NCBI GenBank assembly: GCA_964016885.1
Contig: OZ024741.1
Coordinates: forward strand, 205,282,001 to 205,346,000
DNA from: Eledone cirrhosa
Taxonomy: Eukaryota
Length of the DNA: 64,000 bases
Reading direction: 5' to 3'
A model generated the notes under the pieces. The model ran no database searches. It was not told where the DNA came from and saw only the letters and a program-made list of their open reading frames with translations. A program made the translations under genes and the position numbers. This document shows positions 39,542 to 55,095 of this stretch, in pieces. Each line of letters opens with the position of its first letter. The stretch's first letter is position 1.

Positions 39542-41597
39542 TGTGGCTGGAGCAGGCCTGTAGGCAGGAGGAGAGTAACATGGTTGTGGAACAGTAAGGT
39601 GGAGGGGTCAATCAAGGCCAAAAAGCAGGCTTGGAAAGCATGGCGGGATGGGGGAAGTAGAGAAGACTATCAAGTGGCCAGGAGAGAAGCTAGGAGACAA
39701 GTGTACTTCGCAAGGGAAGCAGAGGAAAGAAAGTTCAAGCATGTTCTACAACGCGAGGACCAAAAACGTGAGGTGTTCAGGATTGCTAGGCAATGTGTCA
39801 AGGAAAACCGTGATATTGTCGGGGAGAAGTGTGTCCTTAATGATGATGGCGTACTTGCCATCACTGACGCTGATAAGAAGGTAGCTTGGAAGTGTCACTA
39901 CGAAAGGCTACTAAATGAGGAGAATAAATGGGAGAAAGACAGTCTCCCCCACATCGACCCAATAGAGGGACCAGCAGTGTTAGTCGAAGGTAGTATAATA
40001 AGTAAGGCAATCAAAGATATGAAGACGGGTAAGGCGGCTGGGCCTTCGGAAATAGTTGCTGAGATGCTGAAAAACGGTGGGACACACCATGGTCACCCGG
40101 ATAGTAAACAAAGTCATACAGAATGGGGTTGTTCCGAAGGACTGGCGTAGCAGCATCATCGTTAACTGTTACAAGGGTAAAGGAGACGCCCTAGATAGGA
40201 GTAACTATAGAGGCATTAAATTAATCGACCAGGTCATGAAGGTCACGGAAAAAGTAATAGCGCAACTAATCAGAGAGAGAATTTATCTAGATGAAATGCA
40301 GTTCGGGTTTGTGTCAGGCAAAAGTACCACAGACGCTCTTTTCATTGTACGACAACTACAGGAGAAGTACCTAGCTAAAAGTAAATCCCTATACTTAGCT
40401 TTTGTCGACCTGGAGAAAGCCTTCGACAGAGTCTCCCGTTCCATTATCTGGTGGGCTCTTAGAAAACTAGGTGTTGACGAATGGCTTGTGAGAGCTATAC
40501 AAGCCATGTATAAAGAAACAGTCAGCAAGGTTAGAATTAACAACGAATATAGCGAAGAGTTTAGCGTAAAAGTTGGTATCCATCAGGGCTCTGTTCTTAG
40601 CCCCCTACTATTTATTATTGCCCTTCAGGCTATAACAGAGGAGTTCAAGACCGGCTGCCCATGGGAACTCCTATACGCAGATGATCTAACGCTCATAGCT
40701 GAATCAATGGCCGAGCTAGAGAAGAAATTCCAAACATGGAAGCACGGCCTAGAATCAAAAGGCCTTAAAATTAACCTGGCTAAGACTAAAGTTCTAGTTT
40801 GTAGGAAAGAAAATAAGGCGCCGGTCCCTTCCGGGAAATGGCCCTGCTCAGTGTGTAGGAAAGGCATAGGTAGAAACTCCATTTTATGTCCCAAATGCAA
40901 AGTATGGGTGCATAAAAGATGTAGTGGGATCACAGGTAAGCTAACTAAGAACATAGATTTTACATGTGGCCGGTGCTCTGGTGAAATAAGTAGCAGCAAG
41001 TGCCCACAAAATACTAGCTCTTTCAATTGCGCAGAGGGTTCTATAGAAATAGTGGACAGCTTCCGTTACCTGGGTGACAAAATCAGCAGTGGGGGAGGGT
41101 GCTCTGAAAGTACAGTAGCTAGAGTCAGAACTGGATGGAAAAAGTTCAGAGCTTATACCACTATTAGCCGCTAAAGGGTTCTCCCTAAAAATGAAAGGCA
41201 GGCTGTATGATGCCTGCATACGAACAGCAATGCTGCATGGCAGTGAGACCTGGGCATTGTGTGCAGAGGATATACGCAGACTAGAGAGGAACGAAGATAG
41301 CATGCTCCGCTGGATGTGTAATAGTAATATACGTGAACGGCAAAGCATAAACGAACTAAGGAAAAAATTAAAAGTAAGAGGGATCAGATGTTGTTTACTC
41401 GAGAGAAGGCTACGTTGTTATGGTCACGTGATGCGCATGAAAGACGACAGCTGTATAACAAAGTGCAGGGCAATAAAGATAGACGGTAGCCACGGAGTAG
41501 GCAGACCCAGAAAAACACACAGTCCACGCTGTAATGTGGCCGTGTAGGCAACACGGTAAAAAACCTCCCAGCCCTACACTGTAAATGTGGTTGGTGT
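39542..41597 (+). mobile_element. RTE LINE family B, truncated at both ends
   Basis: Linker, RT and PHD with frameshifts near 40075 and 41150. An internal deletion at AAAAACA microhomology joins GRPRKT to the 3'UTR. Confidence 0.95.
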
Positions 41598-41623
41598 GTG
41601 TATATATATATATATATACACAC

Positions 41624-41690
<67 letters not shown>

Positions 41691-41846
41691 TATATATATA
41701 TACACACATATATATATATATACACACACATATATATATATATATATACACACATATATATATATATACACACACATATATATATATATACACACACATA
41801 TATATATATATACACACACACATATATATATATACACACACACACA

Positions 41847-44251
41847 TATATATAAAACTTAACGCGTAGAGTGGAATAGGCTACTTGAAATTTTCGAAAA
41901 ATCGATAATCGGGCCCTATGACAGAATGTTTTTCGATTCCAATGAAATTTTATATGAATTCGAACACAAGAACTCTTAGTTTACATCTGGCGCAATAAAA
42001 ATAAATTTCATATGCCCATATAAGGACGTGCATTATTGATCGACGGCCAGCTGCATGTCTTCCCAGCTGTCTCAGTAAACGACCGACCATTAAAGAGTTT
42101 ATTTTCATATTCCACCTTATTCAAGTGGAAATACAGTGTTATCCCTATCTGAAAAGGGAACCAAATTTAATGGTGTCTTTTGTGAACCTAAAAGCTGTGA
42201 GTAAATTTTCAAACAGTCTTAAATAATCATGCTTTTTGAAAAAAAAATTACTAAATTGACCAAGTTGTGTTGTACACATACAATACAAGTAAAAAAATTT
42301 ACGTCGTACCAATGTTTTCCTTTTTTAAACAAAAGATTCTAAAAAATTACTTAATTTATAATAGTCTTTTGCACAGGAAGTGAGTAACTTTTCGGGTGTT
42401 TAAACGGTTTGTGTCTTCATTATTAGCCCACCTCTAATGGCATTTTTTGTTCTGCTTACGACTAAATGTTATGAGCGTATTTGCAATTAATTGCGCACAC
42501 GTGCACACCTGCATGCAGATAGACACTGACAGCCAATAAAAAATCGATAACTTGCTTATTAAGATATCGGTCAAAAAGAGAGATTGAATGTACTTTAGAA
42601 CATTTTTTTAATATATTGTTCTTTTTGGCATGATATGTCAGAAATATAGCTACTATACACTTTGGTTATTTTTTGTAACTAAAAAACGGTTCCTTTTGGG
42701 TGGATACTTAACGAGAAAATTCCTAGAGTTTTGGACAAGTTTGTTTCAGGCGCTGTATAGACGCCTATTTTGTCACACCTTGGTCATGAATTCGTATTCT
42801 TTTCCAATAGATATTTCCGCTCTATAAGGCTCACCAGGATATAAGGCGTATCATTTAAAATCAGGTCCGCGCAACGGCGTGTAAGGCCAACCAGAAAATG
42901 CTATCTTCTTTACTTTTAGTCTAGATCTATTACTTCCGTTAGAGCCGTGATTGATTACCATTGTATTATTTATACATAAGGCTCACCGGAGTATAAAGCG
43001 CAGAGCTGTTTTTTGATTAAATTTAATTATTTTAAGTGCAATTTATAGACGGGAAAATTCGGTAAGTTATTGTAATCATATTTCCAAACCTTCCCATTCA
43101 CCAGTAACCATGCTAACGAATCTGGTGTCATCTCTCTCTGTATTTAATCACCTCTCTCTAACCTAACAGCTTCGTTACACATCGTTATGCCCACACGGAA
43201 ACGTTCAAGACTTACCTCCAAAAAAGGTACAGCTATTGCTTTGAGACAATGAATTAGGCGTTCTCAGGTATGAGTTCATTCACAATTGATTAATCCTTTA
43301 TGCAATATTCTCCCTTAATGTTAGCAAGTACTGCATTTATCCTAACTGTCACCACTTTTAAGCAACTACAACATTCTAATCGTAGTTATATTAAATTTAT
43401 TGTCTTACCTTGATTCCCTTTTGTTCATGTTAGACTTTTCTCATTTACTATCGACACTGCCATTGGCTTAGCTAACCAGTAGAATTAATTAATTTTCTCT
43501 AGGAAACACCTGCTGAGCGCGAATCTTGACTCGCTGATAGACGTCTTTCCCGGCTGGTTGAGTCACCAACATCGCGTACGACAAGGCTTGCTGATGTTCG
43601 CCTTCGTCGCCAATAAGCGCTGACGGAGGAATCACCAACATCCCGTCAGACGAGGCTTGAGGCTGTGGCAAAGGGCAATAACCCTAGATACAATTTTGAT
43701 CAACTTTTTTTCACCTATAGCAAATTTACCGGGACAGGTTTTTAGCTACTCAAATCTACTTCAGAGATCACGCATTGATGTAAAAAATCAATAAAACTGA
43801 AGCGGGGCTCGACTTTGCGCAAAAAAACAAGGCAAAGTTACACATGGGAAAACTTTTTACAGGAACGTCCTATATTCTTGAAAACTGTCACAAAAGACTC
43901 GCCATTATGCCACGGTTAAGATAAAGGCCCTTTTAATTCTTCTTCTGCACATGTGAGCGCAAAGATTGTAAAGAAAAAAAAACCCTGAAAGTAATCAACA
44001 TTTTCACCCTGCTTTAAATTAACTGAACATTCAATATCAAGCGATTTTGACTTCCGTCAGTCGTGCAGAGAACAATTTCAACGATACACTGTGTAACTAC
44101 AATTAATAAATTACAAACCTGTGTCTACTAACCTATTTTTTTCCATTGAAGTTCGAAGTTTTGAACTTGTGATGCGCGGGAAGTAACTTTCACACATTCT
44201 AACAGACCAAAGGTCGACTTACACCCGGGTAACGCCGGGTAATTCTGATAG
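41847..44251 (+). mobile_element. Non-autonomous Helitron (~2.4 kb) with cargo
   Basis: 5' (TA)nAAAACT as in the 1568 element, with the TC lost in microsatellite. 3' hairpin CCCGGGTAACGCCGGG (44224-44239), then ATAG (decayed CTAG) and T. CpG-retaining interior. Confidence 0.65.
42810..43064. mobile_element. Tc2/pogo-like MITE remnant nested in the Helitron
   Basis: Repeated TATAAGGC(T/G)CACC motifs and a terminus TTATAGACGGGAAAATTCGG-TA that is imperfectly inverted to ATTTCCGCTCTATAA. Confidence 0.55.
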
Positions 44252-44261
44252 TATATATATA

Positions 44262-44402
44262 TAACGAAGGAAATGTGGTAAGGAACCAGGTGGACCATAA
44301 CGCACCAAAGTACTCAATACTTAGAGTAGTAGAGTGGGTAATAGCAACGAGTAGGACCCCCGACGGCTGAGCTCAAGCCGTTTCGACGGCTAATTCTGGA
44401 CT
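44262..44402 (-). mobile_element. Probable Penelope terminal fragment with the 3' half of a hammerhead
   Basis: Minus strand GCCGTC-GAAA-CGGCT-loop-AGCCG-TC-GGGGGTCC. No CTGANGA half seen. Confidence 0.45.
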
Positions 44403-44404
44403 AA

Positions 44405-44435
<31 letters not shown>

Positions 44436-45028
44436 TATATATATATATACATACACATATATATATACATACACATATATATATACATACATACACACAT
44501 ATATATACATACATACACACATATATATATACATACACATATATATATACATACACATATATATATACATACACATATATATATACATACACATATATAT
44601 ATACATACATATATATATACATACATATATATATACACACATATATATATACACACATATATATATACATACATATATATATACACACATATATATATAC
44701 ACACATATATATATACACACATATATATATACACACATATATATATACACACATATATATATACACACATATATATATACACACATATATATATACACAC
44801 ATATATATATATATACACACATATATATACACACATATATATGTATATATATATACACGCATATGTATACATATATATATACATACACATATATGTATAT
44901 ATATATACACACATATGTATACATATATATATACATACACAAATGTATATATACACACATATATATACATATATATATACATACACACATGTATATATAC
45001 ACACACATATATATATATATACACACAC

Positions 45029-45070
<42 letters not shown>

Positions 45071-45146
45071 ATATATACACATATATATATATATATACAC
45101 ATATATATACACATATATATATATATATACACATATATATATATAT

Positions 45147-45185
<39 letters not shown>

Positions 45186-46604
45186 TATAAATATATATAT
45201 ACACACATATATATATATATATACACACATATATATATATACACATATATATATATATATATACACATATATATATATATATATATATATAAACACACAT
45301 ATATATATATACACACACATGTATATATATATATATATACACATATATATACATACACATATTTATACATACATATATATACACACATATATATATACAC
45401 ATACATATATATACACACATATATATATACACACATATATATATACACATACATATATACACATATATATATACACATATATATATATATACATATATAT
45501 ATATACACATATATATATATACACACATATATATATACACATATATATATACACACATATATATATATATATACACATATATATATATATATACACATAT
45601 ATATATATACACATATATACACATATATATATATACACATATATATATATATATATATACACATATATATACACATATATATATATATATATACACATAT
45701 ATATATACACATATATATATATATATACACATATATATATACACATATATATATATATACACATATATATATATATATACACATATATATACACACATAT
45801 ATATATATATACACATATATATACACACATATATATATACACACACATATATATATATATATACACACATATATATATACATACACACATATATATATAC
45901 ACACATATATATACACACATATATATATATACACACACATGTATATATATATACACACATATATATATATATATATACACACATATATATATATATATAT
46001 ACACACACATATTTATACACATACATATATATACACACATATATATATACATACATATATATACACACATATATATATATACATACATATATATACACAT
46101 ATATATATACACATACATATATACACACACATATATATATACACATACATATATACACATACATATATACACATATATATACACATATATATATATACAC
46201 ATATATATATACACACATATATATATATATACACATATATATATACACACATATATATATATATACACATATATATATACACATATATATATACACATAT
46301 ATATATATATATATATACACATATATATATATATATACACATATATATATACACATATATAATATATACACATATATATATATACACATATATATATACA
46401 CACACATATATATATACACACACATATATATATACACACACACACATATATATACACACATATATATATACACACATATATATATATACACACATATATA
46501 TATATACACACATATATATATATACACACATATATATATATACACACACATATATACACACATATATATATATATACACACACATATATATATATATATA
46601 TATA
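44403..46604. repeat. 2.2-kb interrupted (TA)n/(CA)n array
   Basis: Seen directly. Confidence 0.98.
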
Positions 46605-46712
46605 CATCATCATCATCATCATCGTCTATCTTCCACGCTAGCATGGGTTTGGACGGGACTTTTCCCACTTGAGGCAAGATTGGTTGTCTTGCTCGTATAC
46701 GACTGTCTGGCA
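46605..46712 (-). mobile_element. RTE family B terminal ~100 nt
   Basis: Matches the 3' termini at 36945-37054 and 58780-58868. (GAT)n tail. Confidence 0.9.
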
Positions 46713-47752
46713 GATATATATATACACACACATATAAATATACATATATATATATATAGACACATATATATATATATACATATATAGACACACATATATA
46801 TATACATATATAGACACACATATATATACACACACATATATATACATATATACACACATATATATATATAGACATATATATACATATATATATATATACA
46901 CACATATATATAGACATATATAGACATATATATATATATATATACACACACATATATACACATACTTATATATATACACATATATATATATATATAAAAC
47001 ATATATACATATATATACATGTATACAAATATATATATATATACATATATATATACACATATATATTCACTTCTATCGGTTATTTTGATAGCCATGACTC
47101 CCTATTTCCCCAAATGTAAATGTTCTGCTCGCAACTATTGCTGTATTTATCACTTCGCTAGCTCCCACAACACATTTATTTTGTTACCCGCATTTTCTCT
47201 ACCATGCTGCCTCTCTATCTGTCTATTTGCCATCAAAGGCTACAGGCCATGACTGGCTATTATTATTATTGTTACTGTATTCATTTCTATCGGTTATCTT
47301 GCCATGCTGTATTCACTTCTGTCGGTTATTTTGATAGCCATTTCGACCAATCAAACCTCAGGCATGCCATTTCTATTACTACTACTACTACCTAACTCTC
47401 TCCTCCTATGTATGTATATATACACATACATTACATACATATATATATACACATACATACATATATATACATATATATATATACACATACATACATATAC
47501 ATATATATATATACATACATATACATATATATATATACACATACATACATATACACATACATACATATACATATATATATATACATACATATACATATAT
47601 ACACATACATACATACATATACATATATATACATACATATACATATATATATACACATACATACATATATATATATATATATACACATACATACATACAT
47701 ATACATATATATACATACATATATATATATATATACACATACATACATACAT

Positions 47753-47789
<37 letters not shown>

Positions 47790-47878
47790 CATACATACAT
47801 ACATACACATATAAACATATATATATATATATACACATACATACATACATACATATATATACATATATATATATACAC

Positions 47879-47909
<31 letters not shown>

Positions 47910-47983
47910 CATACATACATATATATATATACACATACATATATACACATACATATATATATATACACATACATACATATATA

Positions 47984-48175
47984 TTCGACAAATTCCTCCA
48001 AGTAATCCCGGACAAACCACCCACACCCGGATATGTCTCCGCAAACAGTAATTCTCTTCTCGAATGGGCCATGGTGCCCAAATCCTGAATTGAAAGACTT
48101 CGCCAGGTGGTGCTATTAAGTTAGACATGGCCTGGGCCAATACTGGCCAAAACATTTCAAAGTTATTCAAAGTTA
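47984..48175 (+). mobile_element. CR1-group LINE 3' end
   Basis: [28 protein letters not shown], then a 3'UTR hairpin GGCCAATACTGGCC and a (TTCAAAGTTA)2 tail. The same 3'UTR piece occurs at ~25409-25465. Confidence 0.7.
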
Positions 48176-48205
48176 TATATATATATACATATATATATAT
48201 ACATA

Positions 48206-48241
<36 letters not shown>

Positions 48242-48257
48242 CACATATATATATATA

Positions 48258-48960
48258 GTGAAAAATTGAACAGGAACAAAACAGAGAGGCAGTACGAACA
48301 AAGGTTTATTAATTTCACGCTCTTGAGAGTGGGTGGTGGTGGGGAACGACGTTTCGGGCATAAGCCCTTCTTCAGGTGAAAAGTGTGTGAGAAGAGAGTT
48401 CAAAGGGTGTGTAGGGGAGTGGTGGAGAGACATATAGCAAAAAGGGGGGTGAGAGGAAACGGTGCAAATGAAATTAAAAATAAAGGCATGATCAAAATAA
48501 AATTAAAATGAGGTAAAACAGGTTGTGGAAGAGTGTGGGGCGTGTAGGGATTGTGGCGGGTGGAGTGGGGAGAGGGAGGCGGGGTGTCCGAGCGGGGAGG
48601 GCTGAAGGTGGTGTCTAGGTGTACGTGTGTGTGTGTGTGTGTATGTGAAAGCAAGGGTTGGGGGTAGAACGGGGTTGCATGTTCAGGAAGAGGTGTGTGT
48701 GGTGGGGTGTAGGTCGGAGTGTGTGTGCGTGTGTGGATAGAGGGGTGGGGGGAGAGGATTCCGGAAGTTGAATGTGTAAATATGTGGTGGTACGCACGTG
48801 TGTGGTGTTTATGCGTATTGTGGATGTAGGTGGCGTGTGGGGAAAAAAAAAATTGGGGGGGGGGGGGTTCGGGGTGATTGTAAAAGTAATTCCGAAAAAG
48901 GATGTTGTGGAATGCTGAGTAAAATCCTGGAATGCGGTAGATTCTCGGGATCAAGGTTCA
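48258..48960 (-). mobile_element. Probable Penelope-like 3' region with a minimal hammerhead
   Basis: Minus strand CTGAAGA-AGGGCTTATGCCC-GAAACGTC at 48375-48348, a downstream AATAAA and a C-rich tract. Confidence 0.6.
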
Positions 48961-48965
48961 CATAT

Positions 48966-49025
48966 ACCCGTCCCACCCTTGCAAGCAGGGAAAAGCGGAC
49001 GTAAAATGATGATGATGATGATGAT
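48966..49025 (+). mobile_element. RTE-C/SINE-type terminal 60 nt
   Basis: Matches 51964-52023, including (GAT)n. Confidence 0.9.
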
Positions 49026-49031
49026 ACATAC

Positions 49032-49063
<32 letters not shown>

Positions 49064-49067
49064 TGTA

Positions 49068-49677
49068 TGTCAGGTCACCACTTGGTGCTACTGGTAACAT
49101 GTATCCCAGTACAACCTGTCTCATGGTCAGGTCGTTGGCGACTAAACTGGCAACCCCACCAAGGTTTCTTGGTGAGGAGGGTGACTTAGGACATCCTGCA
49201 GGACTAAAAACAAAACCTGTCAAAGGGCAAAGGAGCTCTTAAGAGTCAATGGCCATCCAAAATCACTGGGAGAGATGACCCCTTAGCCTTTGTCAAGGCA
49301 GAATTCTAGGAGAAGGAAAACTCTGATATAACACCTGCAACCCTGATGGTATCCAATGATGTTGACTTGTTCTTCTTTTTGGTAAATATCATCTTGGTTA
49401 AGAGAGTGGGACTGGCTTTGTGCAGTGCCTTTGCTCACTATAAAAGCTTCACGGCACAGGCATTGCTTTATATCTGGAGATCTCTCTGCACTTGTCGTCA
49501 CATGGTACCATGGGCCCAGCACTATGTGTCAATAATTGTCACAAGTGTAGTGTTTGTACCAGAGTTTTCAAGTCGCTGGCTGGACTAAAAAGTCACACTC
49601 GTTCAGCGCATCGGTAGGGGTTCTCCTACATGGATATAAAGTAGTGACCGTACTCGAAAACGAGTTGGCAGCCACCA
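49068..49677 (+). mobile_element. 610-bp bipartite non-autonomous RTE-derived element, copy 1
   Basis: Structured 5' end, RTE-leader-like CTAGGAGAAGGAAAACTCTGA, C2H2 codons [23 protein letters not shown] at 49546-49617, 3' hairpin CTCG-AAAA-CGAG. Near-identical to 63040-63650. Confidence 0.8.
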
Positions 49678-49885
49678 TACGTATGTATGTATATATATAT
49701 ATGTACGTATGTATGTATATATATATATATACGTATGTATATATATATATATACGTATGTATATATATATATACGTATGTATATATATATATATACGTAT
49801 GTATATATATATACGTATGTATGTATATATATATATATATATATACGTATGTATGTGTATATATATATATATACGTATGTATGAA

Positions 49886-49920
<35 letters not shown>

Positions 49921-49922
49921 CG

Positions 49923-49974
<52 letters not shown>

Positions 49975-50012
49975 CGTATGTATATATATATATATATATA
50001 TATACATATACG

Positions 50013-50044
<32 letters not shown>

Positions 50045-50132
50045 CGTATGTATATGTATATATATATATATACGTATGTATGTATATATATATATATATA
50101 TACGTATGTATGAAAACGAGTTGGCAGCCACC

Positions 50133-50168
<36 letters not shown>

Positions 50169-50317
50169 CTTTTTTTTCTTTTCTTTTCTTTTCTTTTTTT
50201 CTTTTTTTTATTTATTTATTATTATTATTTTTTTTTTTTTAATTTTATTTTTTTTTTCTCGTTCAATGGCCATACTCGATAACGAGGGGGCAGCCATCAC
50301 ATATATATACATACATA

Positions 50318-50381
<64 letters not shown>

Positions 50382-50508
50382 CGTATATATATACATACAT
50401 ACGCATATATATATATACGTATATATATATACATACGCATATATATATATACGTATATATATATACGTATATATATACATACATACGCATATATATATAT
50501 ATACATAT

Positions 50509-51067
50509 ATCATCATCATCATCATCATCAGGTTTAGCGTCCGTGTTCCACGCTTGCATGGGTTTGGACGGGGGTTTTCCCACTTGAGGCAAGAGTGGTT
50601 GTCTTGCTCGCATAGTACTGTCTGGCGGGTTTTCTACAGTTGGATGCCCTTCCTAACACCAACCACATTTACAGTGTGGGGCTGGGAGGTTTTTACCGTG
50701 TTGCCTACACGGCCACATTACAGCGTGGACTGTCTGGCGGGTTTTCTACAGCTGGATGCCCTTCCTAACACCAACCACATTTACAGTGTGGGGCTGGGAG
50801 GTTTTTACCGTGTTGCCTACACGGCCACATTTACAGCGTGGACTGTGTGTTTTTTGTCGTGACACCTACACGATCTCATTTGTTTCGGCCTGGATGTTGT
50901 GGGACCAACATAACTTTACATTGAAAGGGGCGGTGTGGGTGGGGTGGAGGGTGGTGGGACGGGGGTGTGTTTTGATAGAGATGCCTACTGACTGTAGTAG
51001 GTTTTTACTTTGTATTTAGGTAAGGCGGGTCTTCTCTATTACTGAGTACCGCCAAAGGTCTCGGTCC
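50509..51067 (-). mobile_element. RTE family B 3' end (duplicated-UTR subfamily)
   Basis: Near-identical reverse complement of 36508-37054. Confidence 0.95.
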
Positions 51068-52023
51068 TAGAGAATAAATTCTGGCTATGGAAACAGCAGT
51101 TGGAAGCAAGAGGACTGAGAGTGAACCTAGCTAAGACAAAAGTGTTGATGAGTAGAAAAGAGGACAAAACCCTGATTCCGTCAGGGAAATGGCCATGTTC
51201 GATATGCAGAAAAGGAACTGGCATAAATTCTATAAAATGCACACAATGTAGGTCCTGGGTACACAAGAGATGTAGCGGGATAGCAGGCAAACTAACAGGT
51301 AGGGAGAAATATGTATGCAGTAGATGTACAGGGAAATTAGACAGTAGAAGTCGCACTGATAGACACATTTTTCAAATGCGAGAGGGCGCTATAGAAGTGG
51401 TGGATAGCTTCCGGTACCTAGGAGATCAGATTAGCATGGGAGGAGGGTGTTCCGAGGCCATAGTATCTAGAATAAGGACGGGTTGGAAGAAGTTTAGGGA
51501 GCTGCTTCCTCTGTTGACGAAGAAGGGTTTCTCCCTGCGTACGAAAGGCCGGTTGTATGATGCCTGTGTGAGGAGCGCGATGCTGCATGGTAGTGAGACA
51601 TGGGCAGCTACCGCAGAAGATATGCGACGGCTGGAGAGAAATGAGGCAAGCATGCTCCGTTGGATGTGCAGTGTAAATGTGCGTGAACGACCCAGCATAA
51701 ATGTGTTGAGAGAGAAACTGTGTCTGAGAGGGATAGAATGTAGTGTACGGGAGAGGAGACTGAGGTGGTATGGACATGTGATGCGCATGGAGGATGACCG
51801 ATGGGTGAAGAAGTGCCAGGAAATGCCAGTTGAAGGAAGACGTGGTAGAGGTAGACAACGAAAAACATGGGCGGAGGTGGTGAGAACAGACCTCAGATCA
51901 TTGAAGCTCACGGTGGAGATGACGAGGGACCGTGACGAGTGGAGAGATGCTGTGCTGAATAAGACCCGTCCCACCCTTGCAAGCAGGGAAAAGCGGACGT
52001 AAAATGATGATGATGATGATGAT
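51067..52023 (+). mobile_element. RTE LINE family C, 5'-truncated
   Basis: Open 300-aa ORF with GLRVNLAKTKV, PHD (CSIC..CTQC..H..C..CSRC), VDSFRYLG and RLRWYGHV. The stop lies directly before (GAT)n. Confidence 0.95.
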
Positions 52024-54139
<2,116 letters not shown>

Positions 54140-54339
54140 NNNNNNNNNNNNNNNNNNNNNNNNNNNNNNNNNNNNNNNNNNNNNNNNNNNNNNNNNNNNN
54201 NNNNNNNNNNNNNNNNNNNNNNNNNNNNNNNNNNNNNNNNNNNNNNNNNNNNNNNNNNNNNNNNNNNNNNNNNNNNNNNNNNNNNNNNNNNNNNNNNNNN
54301 NNNNNNNNNNNNNNNNNNNNNNNNNNNNNNNNNNNNNNN
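54140..54339. other. Assembly gap (200 N)
   Basis: A run of exactly 200 N, typical of a scaffolding placeholder. Confidence 0.99.
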
Positions 54340-54719
54340 AAGGCAGAATTCTAGGAGAAGGAAAACTCTGATATAACACCTGCAACCCTGATGATATCCA
54401 ATGATGTTGACTTGTTCTTTTTAGTAAATATCATCTTGGTTAAGAGTGTGGGACTGGCTTTGTGCAGTGCCTTTGCTCACTATAAAAGCTTCACGGCACA
54501 GGCATTCCTTTATATCTGGAGATCTCTCTGCACTTGTCGTCACATGGTACCATGAGACCAGCACTATGTGTCAATAATTGTCACAAGTGTAGTGATTGTA
54601 CCAGAGTTTTCAAGTCGCTGTCTGGACTAAAAAGTCACACTCGTTCAGCGCATCGGTAGGGGTTCTCCTACATGGATATAAAGTAGTGGCTGTACTCGAA
54701 AACGAGTTGGCAGCCACCA
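54340..54719 (+). mobile_element. Bipartite RTE-derived element, copy 2 (cut by the gap)
   Basis: Aligns to 49296-49677. Confidence 0.85.
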
Positions 54720-54977
54720 TGTATATATCTGTATATATATATATGTATATATGTATGTATAAATATATATGTCTATATATATGTATATATGTATATATAT
54801 GTATATATGTATATATATATATATATGTATATATATGTATATATATATATATATGTATATATATGTATATATATATATATATGTATATATATATAGGTAT
54901 ATGTATGTATATATGTATATATATATATATGTATATATGTATATGTATATATGTATATATATATGTATATATATATG

Positions 54978-55048
<71 letters not shown>

Positions 55049-55063
55049 GTATATATATATATG

Positions 55064-55095
<32 letters not shown>

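Larger units (their letters stand above)
37170..39544 (-). mobile_element. Penelope-like element (Naiad/Chlamys-like), 5'-truncated with an inverted repeat
   Basis: GIY-YIG C-terminal half at 38554-38930, long 3' region ending in a hammerhead, inverted arms 37411-38043 and 38935-39544. Confidence 0.8.

Noticed and set aside
43489-43671. Bacterial gene fragment or horizontal transfer
   Set aside because: It is only ~60 codons and bounded by splice-like sites inside a Helitron, with no motif strong enough to assign an origin.
49068-49677. Solo LTR (TG...CA ends)
   Set aside because: No TSD or internal gag-pol is visible. It contains an RTE-like leader, terminal C2H2 codons and a 3' hairpin, and 3'-only stubs suggest target-primed insertion.
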